Source of the DNA: Candidatus Spongiisociaceae bacterium
GTDB lineage: Bacteria > Actinomycetota > Acidimicrobiia > Spongiisociales > Spongiisociaceae
NCBI GenBank assembly: GCA_965243165.1
Contig: OZ251535.1
Location: forward strand, 1,281,572-1,345,571
Reading direction: 5' to 3'
Length of the DNA stretch: 64,000 nucleotides
In this document: positions 51,831-60,178 of the stretch, piece by piece
Position numbering within the stretch: position 1 is the stretch's first letter
Layout of the letters: each line of letters begins with the position of its first letter
Notes under the pieces: model-generated
Databases searched by the model: none
The model's input: only the letters and a program-made list of their open reading frames with translations
Told to the model about the DNA's origin: nothing
Position numbers and translations under genes: made by a program

Positions 51831-53027
51831 GTGGCGGGGCCGCAGCGCACCGCGGTGGTGAACATAGGGGCGCTGGTCACCGGCGACCTGTCCCGGCCGA
51901 CGGCCGAAGCCGACAGCCTGCTCATCGAAGACGGGCGGATCGCGGCGGTCGGGGCGGGCTTGGGGGCGGAGGGCGCCGACCAGGTGGTGGACGCCAACGG
52001 CGCCACCGTGGGGCCGGGCCTGATCGACTCCCACTGCCATGTGGTGATAGGGGACTACACCCCCCGCCAGCAGACGGTGGGGTTCTTGAGTTCCTACGTG
52101 CACGGGGGGATCACCCAGGCGATTTCGCCCGGCGAGATCCACGCCCCCGGACGGCCGCACGACGCCCACGGGGTGGTGGCGCTGGCCGTTCTCGCCCAGC
52201 GGTCGTGGAGCAACTACCGGCCCAACGGCATGAAGGTGCACGGGGGCGCGGTGGTGCTGGAGCCGACCCTGGAGGAGGGCCACTTCCAGTACATGGCCGA
52301 CCAGGGGATCCGCCTCGCCAAGTTCGGGTTCGGCCTCTACGGCGACCCGGCCGACGGCCTGCCCCAGGTCCGGGCCGCCCAGGAGATCGGCATCAAGGTC
52401 ATGTGCCACTCGGGCGGCGCCTCCATCCCCGGCTCGAAGCCCATCACCTCCGAGCACCTCATGCTGCTCCGCCCCGACGTGTGCGGCCACATCAACGGCG
52501 GCCCCACCTCCCTCGACGACGAAGGGCTGGAGGAGATCATCGCCTCCACCGATCTGGTGCTGCAGATCGTTCAGGCCGGCAACCTGCGCAGCGCCCTCCG
52601 CATCGTCGGCCTCGTCCTCGAGCACGGCGCCGAGGGCCGGGTGATCCTCGGTTCCGACACCCCGACCGGCACCGGGGTCATGCCGCTGGGGGTGTTGAAG
52701 ACCATGGCCGAGCTGTCATCGCTCACCGGCGCCGACCCGGCGGTGGTGTGGGCCTGGGCTTCGGGGGCGACGGCCGACGTCTACGAGCTGGAGGCCGGGA
52801 AGATCGAGGCGGGCCGCCCGGCCGATCTGGTGATAGCCGACGCCCCCTGGGGTTCCTACGGGGGCGATGCGCTGGGGGCCCTGGCCCGCGGGGACATCCC
52901 CGGCATCAGCGCGGTGATCATCGACGGGCGGATCAGGGCCCTCCGCAGCCGCAACACCCCCGCCGCCGCGCGCCGGGCAACGGTAACGCCCGAGATCGGC
53001 GAGCTCCCGGGATCGGCCCACGTCTGA
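51831..53027 (+). CDS. Metal-dependent amidohydrolase (amidohydrolase-1/enamidase-like)
   Basis: GTG start; VDANGATVGPGLIDSHCHV metal-binding motif; 398 aa. Confidence 0.7.
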   Translation: MAGPQRTAVVNIGALVTGDLSRPTAEADSLLIEDGRIAAVGAGLGAEGADQVVDANGATVGPGLIDSHCHVVIGDYTPRQQTVGFLSSYVHGGITQAISPGEIHAPGRPHDAHGVVALAVLAQRSWSNYRPNGMKVHGGAVVLEPTLEEGHFQYMADQGIRLAKFGFGLYGDPADGLPQVRAAQEIGIKVMCHSGGASIPGSKPITSEHLMLLRPDVCGHINGGPTSLDDEGLEEIIASTDLVLQIVQAGNLRSALRIVGLVLEHGAEGRVILGSDTPTGTGVMPLGVLKTMAELSSLTGADPAVVWAWASGATADVYELEAGKIEAGRPADLVIADAPWGSYGGDALGALARGDIPGISAVIIDGRIRALRSRNTPAAARRATVTPEIGELPGSAHV

Positions 53028-53149
53028 GCCGGGCGGCTCCAAGGGCTGCCCCGGCAAGAACCTCGTGTAAGAAAAAGCGCGGACAGGCGGGCGGAGGGCA
53101 GAAGCCGCCGGCGGCCGGCGGGTTGCCTGCCGGGGGTTCTCCGGCCGCC

Positions 53150-53665
53150 CGGCAGACCTGAACACCCCGGTCGACGCTCATCCGCGCGTCTCTGAGATGA
53201 ACAACCGGGGGGTCGGCGGAGCTTCGGCTTCCGTCCGGCTGCTGATTTGTGTCACACCCCCCTGATACCTTGGAGCGGTACATAAACCGCAGCCGATCCG
53301 GATGCTGCGGTCATACAGAGGCCGCTCCGCCCAGAGCCGAGGTTCCAAGGGCGGGGCGGTCGACCTGGCTGTGCCGAGGCAGATCGGGCGCAGAGGGAGG
53401 CAACGCGCCCTCGGCGCCCGAAGACGGTGGTTCGGAGGCGGCGGGGGAGGGGGCCCGGCGAAGCCGGGGCGGGGGGCGGAGAACGCGAAAAACAGTATGT
53501 TGCTTCGGGCTTGGGTTTGCGGTTTGGTTTGGGTTCGAGAGGGCGGGCGGTAGGGGCTGACCAGGTTGTTTTGGGTGCGTTGGCCTGGTGCGAAACCCGG
53601 GCGGCGCCCGCTGACCCGCTGTAACTTCATTCCTTCTGCCTATCCGCTCGTCTTGATCACGGCTG
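53150..53665. repeat. MITE-like repeat cluster: degenerate S, L (forward, ~53230-53520), S (reverse)
   Basis: CACACCCCCCTGATACCTTGGAGCGGTACATAAACCGCAGCC…GGAGAACGCGAAAAAC; the S unit ends with GCCTATCCGCTCGTCTTG. Confidence 0.75.
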
Positions 53666-54239
53666 AAGCAATTCCACCAACACCCGGCCCGTCAGGATCC
53701 GCCGCAGCCACAACCGTACCGTTATATCATCATTGCCCATCGGGGCCCTTCCTGCAGTCGACTTGTGTTTGCATCACCGATTACAGTCGGGCCCCGACCA
53801 ACTTTCAAGGACCCAACCCCACCCCGCCCTCCCCCCACGTTTTCGCGAAGCCTCAGCAATTCCAACCAGAAGTTCATTCCAACCCAAGCGCCCCAAGAAC
53901 GCGAAAATCGGCCCCCGCCGCCGGCAAACCCGGGCCCATCCCCCGCCGCCGCCTCCTTGAACGAAAATCCGCCGGGCCGCACGAGGCCGCCTCCGGCCCC
54001 GAGGGGCCGGAACGAACGGGATCCGTCTCTGACCGCCGCCCTCTCCAGAACTCGCGGCGGTGTTTGTGCTTCAGCCCAATAGGTATACCAAATTTCGGGG
54101 CTTCCGGCTAGGGGTACGTATGTTCGGAGAAACTTCGCGGACTCGACCGCTTCGATCTTCCGGCCTCACCGGGGTGCGCCCGGATCGGAGGGTCGGGCTC
54201 GGAAGCGGTGTTCATGACGGCCTCCCGCCGCACACCTCA

Positions 54240-54305
54240 TCGACCGCTCGGCTCGGTTGACACGCCCGCCTCGTTGGAGGACGAGGGCGGCAAACCGTTG
54301 AGCCG
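54240..54305 (-). terminator. Long imperfect GC-rich hairpin 3' of the hydrolase gene (candidate terminator)
   Basis: GCTCGGCTCGGTTGACACGCCCGCCTCGT-TGGAGG-ACGAGGGCGGCAAACCGTTGAGCCGAGCC. Confidence 0.4.
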
Positions 54306-54319
54306 AGCCGTCTATTCGG

Positions 54320-56292
54320 TCACCCGGTCGTTTCGCCCGCGGCCGGTCTGCTCGGCAGGGAGCTGCGGATGTCGAGCAGGCCTTGGTCTTCGATCGGGTC
54401 CTCGGTGAACCGGACGGCGCTCTCGTCTCCTTTGAGGTAGTAGTCGAACCAGTTCTTCGTGAAGTAGTTGCGGATGAAGACCGGCAGGTACACATCGGCG
54501 CCGCCCGCCTCGCCCCACCCCAAGGGGGTATAGAGCTCACCCTGGAACCGGGGGTCGAGAACGTCTTGGCCCACCGCTTTTCTCGCCGCCGCCGCCGGCG
54601 CGCTCCGGTACGCCTCGCCGTCGGCCTCCAAGGGGTTCTGTTCGGAGAACAGGGCCGAGAAGTCGTCGACCAGCAGGTCGTGGTTCACGTCCGTGACCGA
54701 GATGATCACCTTGTCGCCGGTGGCCCGGTTGTATGCGTTCCTGGCTATGGGCTGGGGGTTCTCATCGGTGGGCGGCACTCTTTCCTGTTCGAGCTGCCAG
54801 ATGTCCTCCGGGTCGCCCCCGGCGGCGAGGTATGTGTTCCACATCAGGCCGCGGAACACGTCTTGGACGAAGGCGTCCTCCGAGCCGTGGATCTGCATCA
54901 CCGGGCCGGGGTTCCCGGCGGGCTGGCCGTCCTCGGCGGCGCCGCCTCCGAAGACGCCCTCCGGCTCCCAGTAGCGGGGAGGGCCGTTGTTGTATCCGAC
55001 GGCGGCGTCCACCCTGTCCAGGCTCGCCACGGCGAACTGGGCGGTCATGGAACCGAGCGAGTGCCCCGCAACCCCGATGTTCTCCAGGTCGAGGGCGCCG
55101 GCGAAGAGGCCGCACACATCGGCGCCGTGGTTGGGCTGGCCCCGGGCCGCATATTCGGAGGCGCACGCATCTCCGTCCTGGTCGAGGCTGTAGAGGCCGT
55201 CGATGATGGTTTCCACGTCGGCCACCCGCTGGGTGAAGAACCCGCCCATCATCTCGCCCACCTGCTCGGGCCCGCCCGGCGCGGCGTTCAGCCCGGACGG
55301 GTCCGGCGGTCCTCCGAGTCCGGACGGTTCGGTTCCGAACAGGTACTTGTAGAAGCCGGGGATGACCTTGAACTCCCCGATGATGGTCTGGTAGGCCCGG
55401 TCGACCGCCGCCGCGTCCGACGCCTGCGCGTACTTGGAGTCGGGGCTGTCCAGCGCGTTGGGCAGCGAGCTGTCGGAGATGAAGCTGGGGGCGACCACCA
55501 CGTAGCCGTGGCTGGCCATGTACTCGGCGAAGCCCGTCCATCCGAACGAGGTGCCGCCCAGTCCGTGCGCGGCGATGATCACCGGAAACCGGCCCTCGGC
55601 GACGGGCGCCCGGTAGTGCGAATCGATGATCCGCTCCCTCGCCCCGGCCATGATCGACTGCATCGCCCCCTGGTTCGTGAAGGCGCTCCGCCCTTCGGCG
55701 TCGACCAGGTTGGCAAGGAACCCCAGGGCGCCGAACTCGTACTGGCTGCTGAACGTCCGGCTGATGCTGGCGGCGAAATCGTCGAGGGCCGCCTTGCGCG
55801 CCGAACCCGGGTCGTCCACCGGGTACCACATGTGCGCCGGCACGATCTGGGTTTCGCCCGCGTCGTTTATCTCCTGCAGGGTTGCCTGGTAGCCGTCGGA
55901 GGAGTGGGCGGCGTTCCAGCCGTCGAAGGGGCGGGCCGGATCGTGGAAGTAGACCTCCCGCACGCCGACTGCGTACCCGCCCCTTTCTACGTATGAGGCC
56001 AAGGGAGGGCCGTCCGGGCCGGGGGCTGCGCCGCCGGGGTCGGTTTCGGCGGCGGCTGCGGTCGAGGATGAGGATGAGGACGAGGTCGGGGTTGGGCCGT
56101 CCGGGCCGGGGGTTGCGCCGCCGGGGTCGGTTTCGGCGGCGGCGGCTTCGGTCGAGGGCGGGGGCGGGTCCTCGGTGCCGGCGTCGCGGCACCCGGCCAG
56201 CAGCAGGCCCGCCATGACGGCGGACGCGATGACCCCCGCCGCCGGGTTCCTACTGCGCCGTCTTCTTTGCGGCCTGTTCGATGCGGCTTTCA
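54320..56292 (-). CDS. Secreted alpha/beta-hydrolase lipoprotein, PAF-acetylhydrolase/lipase-like, with Tat-like signal and a duplicated Ser/Thr/Pro-rich linker
   Basis: Start MKAASNRPQRRRRSRNPAAG…LLLAGC (RR motif plus lipobox). The linker AAAETDPGGA(T/A)PGPDGP occurs twice around a poly-Ser run. IAAHGLGGTSFGWTGFAEYMASHGYVVVAP and GHSLGS nucleophile elbow. Confidence 0.65.
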
Positions 56293-56404
56293 TGCATCCT
56301 CCGTTCGAGGGTTCTACATACAACCGGCCCGGCGGCCGGCTTATTCCCACTGTATGCCCGGCCGCGCCGGTATATCATCACGGCAGGACGAGGGAAGGCC
56401 TCCG

Positions 56405-57046
56405 ATGAACCGTTCCACCGAAGTCGTGGTCCCGGCCCGCGAGGGGAGGGGCGTCTACGTCGACCGGGGGCAGCTGCTCGACGTCGTCGACCTCGAAGGC
56501 CGCCAGGTGGGAGATCTGATCGCCTGGTTCCGCCGCGACCCCTCCGAATACATGTCCCCGACCCACACCGTTTCCTGCAACGCCTCGATCCGGTTGGGGG
56601 TGGGTTCCCAGCTCTTCTCCAACCGGCGCAACCCGGTGTTCACCATCGTGCGCGACGACGTCGGCAAACACGACATCATCGTTCCCTGCTGCGACCATGA
56701 ACGCTATGCGCGCGACTACGGATTGGAAGACCACCCCCACTGCCTGGGCGCCCTCGAACAGGCCCGCGACCTGCTGGGCGAGAACCGGAAGCCGGCGGGC
56801 GAGACGGCCTGGAACGTCTTCATGCACAACCGGGTGACCGCCGACGGGGAGGTCGTAACCGATCCCGCCGTCCACGAGGCCGGGGCGACCATCACCCTGC
56901 GCGCCCACGATGACCTGGTGGTGCTGCTGTCCGCCTGCCCCCAGGATCTCACCCCCTGCAACGATTTCAACCCCACATCCATGTTGCTGAGGGTGCGGGG
57001 CGGGCAACCCGAAACGCCGCCGCCGAACGAAGGAGTCAGAAAATGA
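56405..57046 (+). CDS. DUF1989 (urea-carboxylase-associated family) protein
   Basis: About 213 aa MNRSTEVVVPAREGRGVYVDRGQLLDVVDLEGRQVGDLIAWF… pattern typical of DUF1989 proteins; RBS AGGGAAGG. Confidence 0.5.
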   Translation: MNRSTEVVVPAREGRGVYVDRGQLLDVVDLEGRQVGDLIAWFRRDPSEYMSPTHTVSCNASIRLGVGSQLFSNRRNPVFTIVRDDVGKHDIIVPCCDHERYARDYGLEDHPHCLGALEQARDLLGENRKPAGETAWNVFMHNRVTADGEVVTDPAVHEAGATITLRAHDDLVVLLSACPQDLTPCNDFNPTSMLLRVRGGQPETPPPNEGVRK

Positions 57047-58080
57047 CCGAGGCCGGAGCACACCCCAAGGCAGCGCGCCTGACGGATTCGGCCCGCAAGA
57101 TCCGCTCTCCGTTCGTGCTGGACCTCTCGCTGCGCTTCTACTCGCCGCAGGAAAACCTGGAGGGGATGAAGCACCCTGCGGTGGCGGCATTTCAGGAGTT
57201 CGCCGCCGAGCAGTGGACGCCGCCGGCCGCCGCCGAGGAGGGCGCCCGGCGGGTTGCGCTGCTGATCCCCTGCACCAAGTACAAGCCCTACTCCACCAGC
57301 CGGGAGCACCGCGCCGTCAACGGGGCGCTGCTGGAGGCGGGTTGGAAGCCGGAAGGCGTCTCGACCGCCCCCCGCGCCCTCCGCGGGGTCTTGGACGAAG
57401 GCGAAGCCCCCGAGGTGCTGCATGACGGCCCGCTGCGGCGGGGCGGCGTCTACCTCGACCGCTTCGTCATGTCGGAGCCGCTCGGCCTGGTCCCTTACGA
57501 GCACATCTGCTTCTGGCGGAAGCGGCAGAGCCCGGCGGCCACCTACGACGATCCGGGGCTGTTCGAGTCGAGGGGCACCTCGGTGTCGCCCGAGCGCCCC
57601 GACTGCACCGCCGTTCGGCTGGCGAACGGGCGGTGGCGGTGGGGGCCGGGCGAGCGGCAGGCCTACGCCGAGACCCACAACATCCTGGCGGGCGTCATCC
57701 GGCGGGCGCTGGTGCGGCTGTCGCCCTTCTATGCGGCCATCGGCGCCTGGGTGTCGCCGGGCCTCACCCACCGCAGCTTCCTGGCCGACCGCGCCTTCCG
57801 CAAGGCCGACGGCCTGCCCCTGTCGCGGGCGGGCCTTGAGGGCCCGGTCGAGCTGGTGGGGGTGCTGGACGGCGCGCCGCCGGGGCTGGTAACCGTCATG
57901 CCCACCCGGGAACAGCTCGAGGACGCCCGCCGCCGCCTGGCCGAGCGGCTCCGGTCGGAAGGGCGCAACGCCTCGCCGGGCGCCGTGCGCGCCGTGTACG
58001 CCAGGGGGGACGGCAACGACACCCCCCTCGGGCTGCCGGAGAGCCTGAACCATCTGACCGCCTGGCTGGCAGATATATGA
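57043..58080 (+). CDS. Conserved hypothetical protein (345 aa), translationally coupled between the DUF1989 gene and the aldolase-aminotransferase gene
   Basis: ATGA overlaps at both ends (57043 and 58077); no family recognised with confidence. Confidence 0.4.
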   Translation: MTEAGAHPKAARLTDSARKIRSPFVLDLSLRFYSPQENLEGMKHPAVAAFQEFAAEQWTPPAAAEEGARRVALLIPCTKYKPYSTSREHRAVNGALLEAGWKPEGVSTAPRALRGVLDEGEAPEVLHDGPLRRGGVYLDRFVMSEPLGLVPYEHICFWRKRQSPAATYDDPGLFESRGTSVSPERPDCTAVRLANGRWRWGPGERQAYAETHNILAGVIRRALVRLSPFYAAIGAWVSPGLTHRSFLADRAFRKADGLPLSRAGLEGPVELVGVLDGAPPGLVTVMPTREQLEDARRRLAERLRSEGRNASPGAVRAVYARGDGNDTPLGLPESLNHLTAWLADI

Positions 58081-60047
58081 GCGCAGCGCTGGAGGGGCGG
58101 CGGGAGGAGGTGGCCGCCGCCGCCCGGATGCTGGCCGCCGCCGGTCTGGTGGAAGCCTTCGGCCACGTCTCGGCGAGGATTACGGGCGGGTTTCTGATCA
58201 CCAGCACCCGGCCCATGGTGGAAGCCCGGGCCGAAGACGTGATCGAGGTGCGGGGCGGGCGCCCGGTGTCGGGTCCGGCCGAAGCCCTTCCCATGGAGGC
58301 CCCGTTGCATGCCGCCGTCTACGGCGCCCGCCCCGATGCGGAGGCCGTCTGCCGGGGGCATCCTCCCTATGCGGCGGTGTGGGGGGCGGGGGCCGAGGCT
58401 CTTCCCCTGCTGCACGGCCTGGGGGGGATGAGCGGGGCGGCGGCGCCGGTTCACCCCGATATCGAGCTGATCAAGACCCCGGAGCAGGCGGAGGCGGCGG
58501 CCGGCGCGCTGGGGGGCGGCTGGTCGCTCCTGCTGCGGGCCAACGGATGCCTGACGGTGGGCGGGGACCTCCTCGAAGCGGCCGTCCGCCTGTGGTTCCT
58601 CGAGGAGCGGGCCCGGATAGCGGTGCAGGCCCGCCGGGCCGGGATCGCCCCCGGGGAGAGCGCCTCCGCCTGGCTCCGGCGGCTGGAGGATTCGGACGCC
58701 GAGCTGGTCAGAGCCAAGGCCTGGTTCCTCAGCGCCTACGGAAGCCCCCGAACCGGGCCCGCCGGGGGGCGGGGGGCGGCGGCCGCCGGGGCCGAGCAGC
58801 TCGACAACCGGCCGGCGATGACCGGAGAGGAGGCGGACGGCTTCCGGGCCGGCTTCGTCGAGCACCTGTGCCAGACCGTCCCGGGCATCAAGGAGACGGT
58901 GATAGTCGACGCCGCCGGCTGTTCGCTCAAGACCGCCGAGGGGCGCATCCTGTTGGACATGATCTCGGGGATCGCGGTCTCCAACGTCGGGCACTGCCAC
59001 CCGGCGGTGGTGGAGGCCGTCCGGCGGCAGGCGGGCCGCTTCGCCCACGTGGACGTGTACGGGCGTTTCACCCTGCCGCCGCAGGTGGAGATCGCCCGCC
59101 GCCTGGCGTCTGTAACTCCGGACGGCCTGGACAAGGCCTTCCTGACCAGCACCGGAACCGAAGCCACCGAAGGGGCCTTGAAGCTGGCCCGCAAGTACAC
59201 GGGCCGTCCGGGGTTCACGGCCTTCGAGCAGTCGTTCCACGGGCGTACCTTCGGGGCGCTCTCCGTTACCTGGAAGGAGGAATGGCGCAAACCCTTCGAG
59301 CCCCTGCTGGGGCCGGTGCGCTTCGCTCCCTTCGACGACCTGGATGCGGCAGCGGCGGCGGTCGGCGAAGACACGGCGGCGGTCATAGTGGAGCCGATCC
59401 AAGGCGAGGGCGGGGTGCGGGTGCCGTCGGAGGATTTCCTGCCCGGTCTGCGCGAGCTCTGCACCGAGCGGGGCGCTTTGCTGATCTGCGACGAGGTGCA
59501 GGGCGGGATGGGCCGCTCCGGCCGGTGGTTCTCCTGCCAGAACTGGGGTGTAACGCCGGACATCATCACGGTGGCCAAGGCTTTCGGCGGCGGCCTGCCG
59601 CTGGGGGCGTTCATCTCCACCGAGGAGATATTTGCCACCTTCCTCGACCCGCCCCTGTCCCACCTCACCACCTTCGGCGGCAACCCCGTCTCGTGCGCCG
59701 CCGCCGCCGCCGCCTTCGACGTGATCCAGAGCGAAGGCCTGGTGGAGCGCTCCCGCGAGCTGGGCCGGTACCTGCGGGCCGGCCTCCGCGAGGCGGCGCA
59801 GCGCCATCCCGGAGCGGTGGCCGAAGTCAGGGGCGTCGGCCTGTGGTGCGCCTTCGACGTCACCCCGCCCGAACTGGCCCAACCCCTCGTAGAAGAAATG
59901 CTGCACCGGGGTGTAGTGGCCGGCTCCATGCTCAATTCGGCGGGAACCATCCGAGTAGCTCCCCCGCTGGTGATAGAGCGCACCGAAATAGACCGCTTCC
60001 TGGCCGTTCTCGCTTCTTCGCTCGACGCGACAGCAGATGCACACTGA
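58077..60047 (+). CDS. Fusion protein: N-terminal class II aldolase/adducin-like domain (~220 aa) + C-terminal class III (omega) pyridoxal-phosphate aminotransferase (~430 aa)
   Basis: The N-terminal region has a class-II-aldolase-like fold signature (VEAFGHVSARI…). The C-terminal region has SGIAVSNVGHCHPAVVEAV, DEVQGGMGRSGRWF and the TVAKAFGGGLP Lys motif of AT-III enzymes. One continuous 656-aa frame. Confidence 0.7.
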   Translation: MSAALEGRREEVAAAARMLAAAGLVEAFGHVSARITGGFLITSTRPMVEARAEDVIEVRGGRPVSGPAEALPMEAPLHAAVYGARPDAEAVCRGHPPYAAVWGAGAEALPLLHGLGGMSGAAAPVHPDIELIKTPEQAEAAAGALGGGWSLLLRANGCLTVGGDLLEAAVRLWFLEERARIAVQARRAGIAPGESASAWLRRLEDSDAELVRAKAWFLSAYGSPRTGPAGGRGAAAAGAEQLDNRPAMTGEEADGFRAGFVEHLCQTVPGIKETVIVDAAGCSLKTAEGRILLDMISGIAVSNVGHCHPAVVEAVRRQAGRFAHVDVYGRFTLPPQVEIARRLASVTPDGLDKAFLTSTGTEATEGALKLARKYTGRPGFTAFEQSFHGRTFGALSVTWKEEWRKPFEPLLGPVRFAPFDDLDAAAAAVGEDTAAVIVEPIQGEGGVRVPSEDFLPGLRELCTERGALLICDEVQGGMGRSGRWFSCQNWGVTPDIITVAKAFGGGLPLGAFISTEEIFATFLDPPLSHLTTFGGNPVSCAAAAAAFDVIQSEGLVERSRELGRYLRAGLREAAQRHPGAVAEVRGVGLWCAFDVTPPELAQPLVEEMLHRGVVAGSMLNSAGTIRVAPPLVIERTEIDRFLAVLASSLDATADAH

Positions 60048-60096
60048 CCCCCAATTTGTGCAGTTATCGAAACAGCATGGACCAGAAGCCTCGGAA

Positions 60097-60125
60097 TTGA
60101 CAGCACAGGGCAAGTTGTCTACAAT
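60097..60125 (+). promoter_or_regulatory. Near-consensus sigma70 promoter TTGACA-N17-TACAAT upstream of the lipoprotein gene
   Basis: TTGACA 60097-60102, TACAAT 60120-60125, about 55 nt before the TTG start with GAGGAG RBS. Confidence 0.5.
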
Positions 60126-60178
60126 CAATTCATGTTGAAAGAAGAATCAAGCAAATAAAGTAGCGAGGAGCGGGAAAA

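Noticed and set aside
53660-54240. About 580 bp non-coding stretch with scattered CGCGAAAA/TTTTCGCG motifs reminiscent of L-repeat fragments; small ORFs 53566..54111 and 53765..54082
   Set aside because: Pro/Arg-rich low-complexity translations; most likely decayed repeat debris, though an unannotated small RNA cannot be excluded
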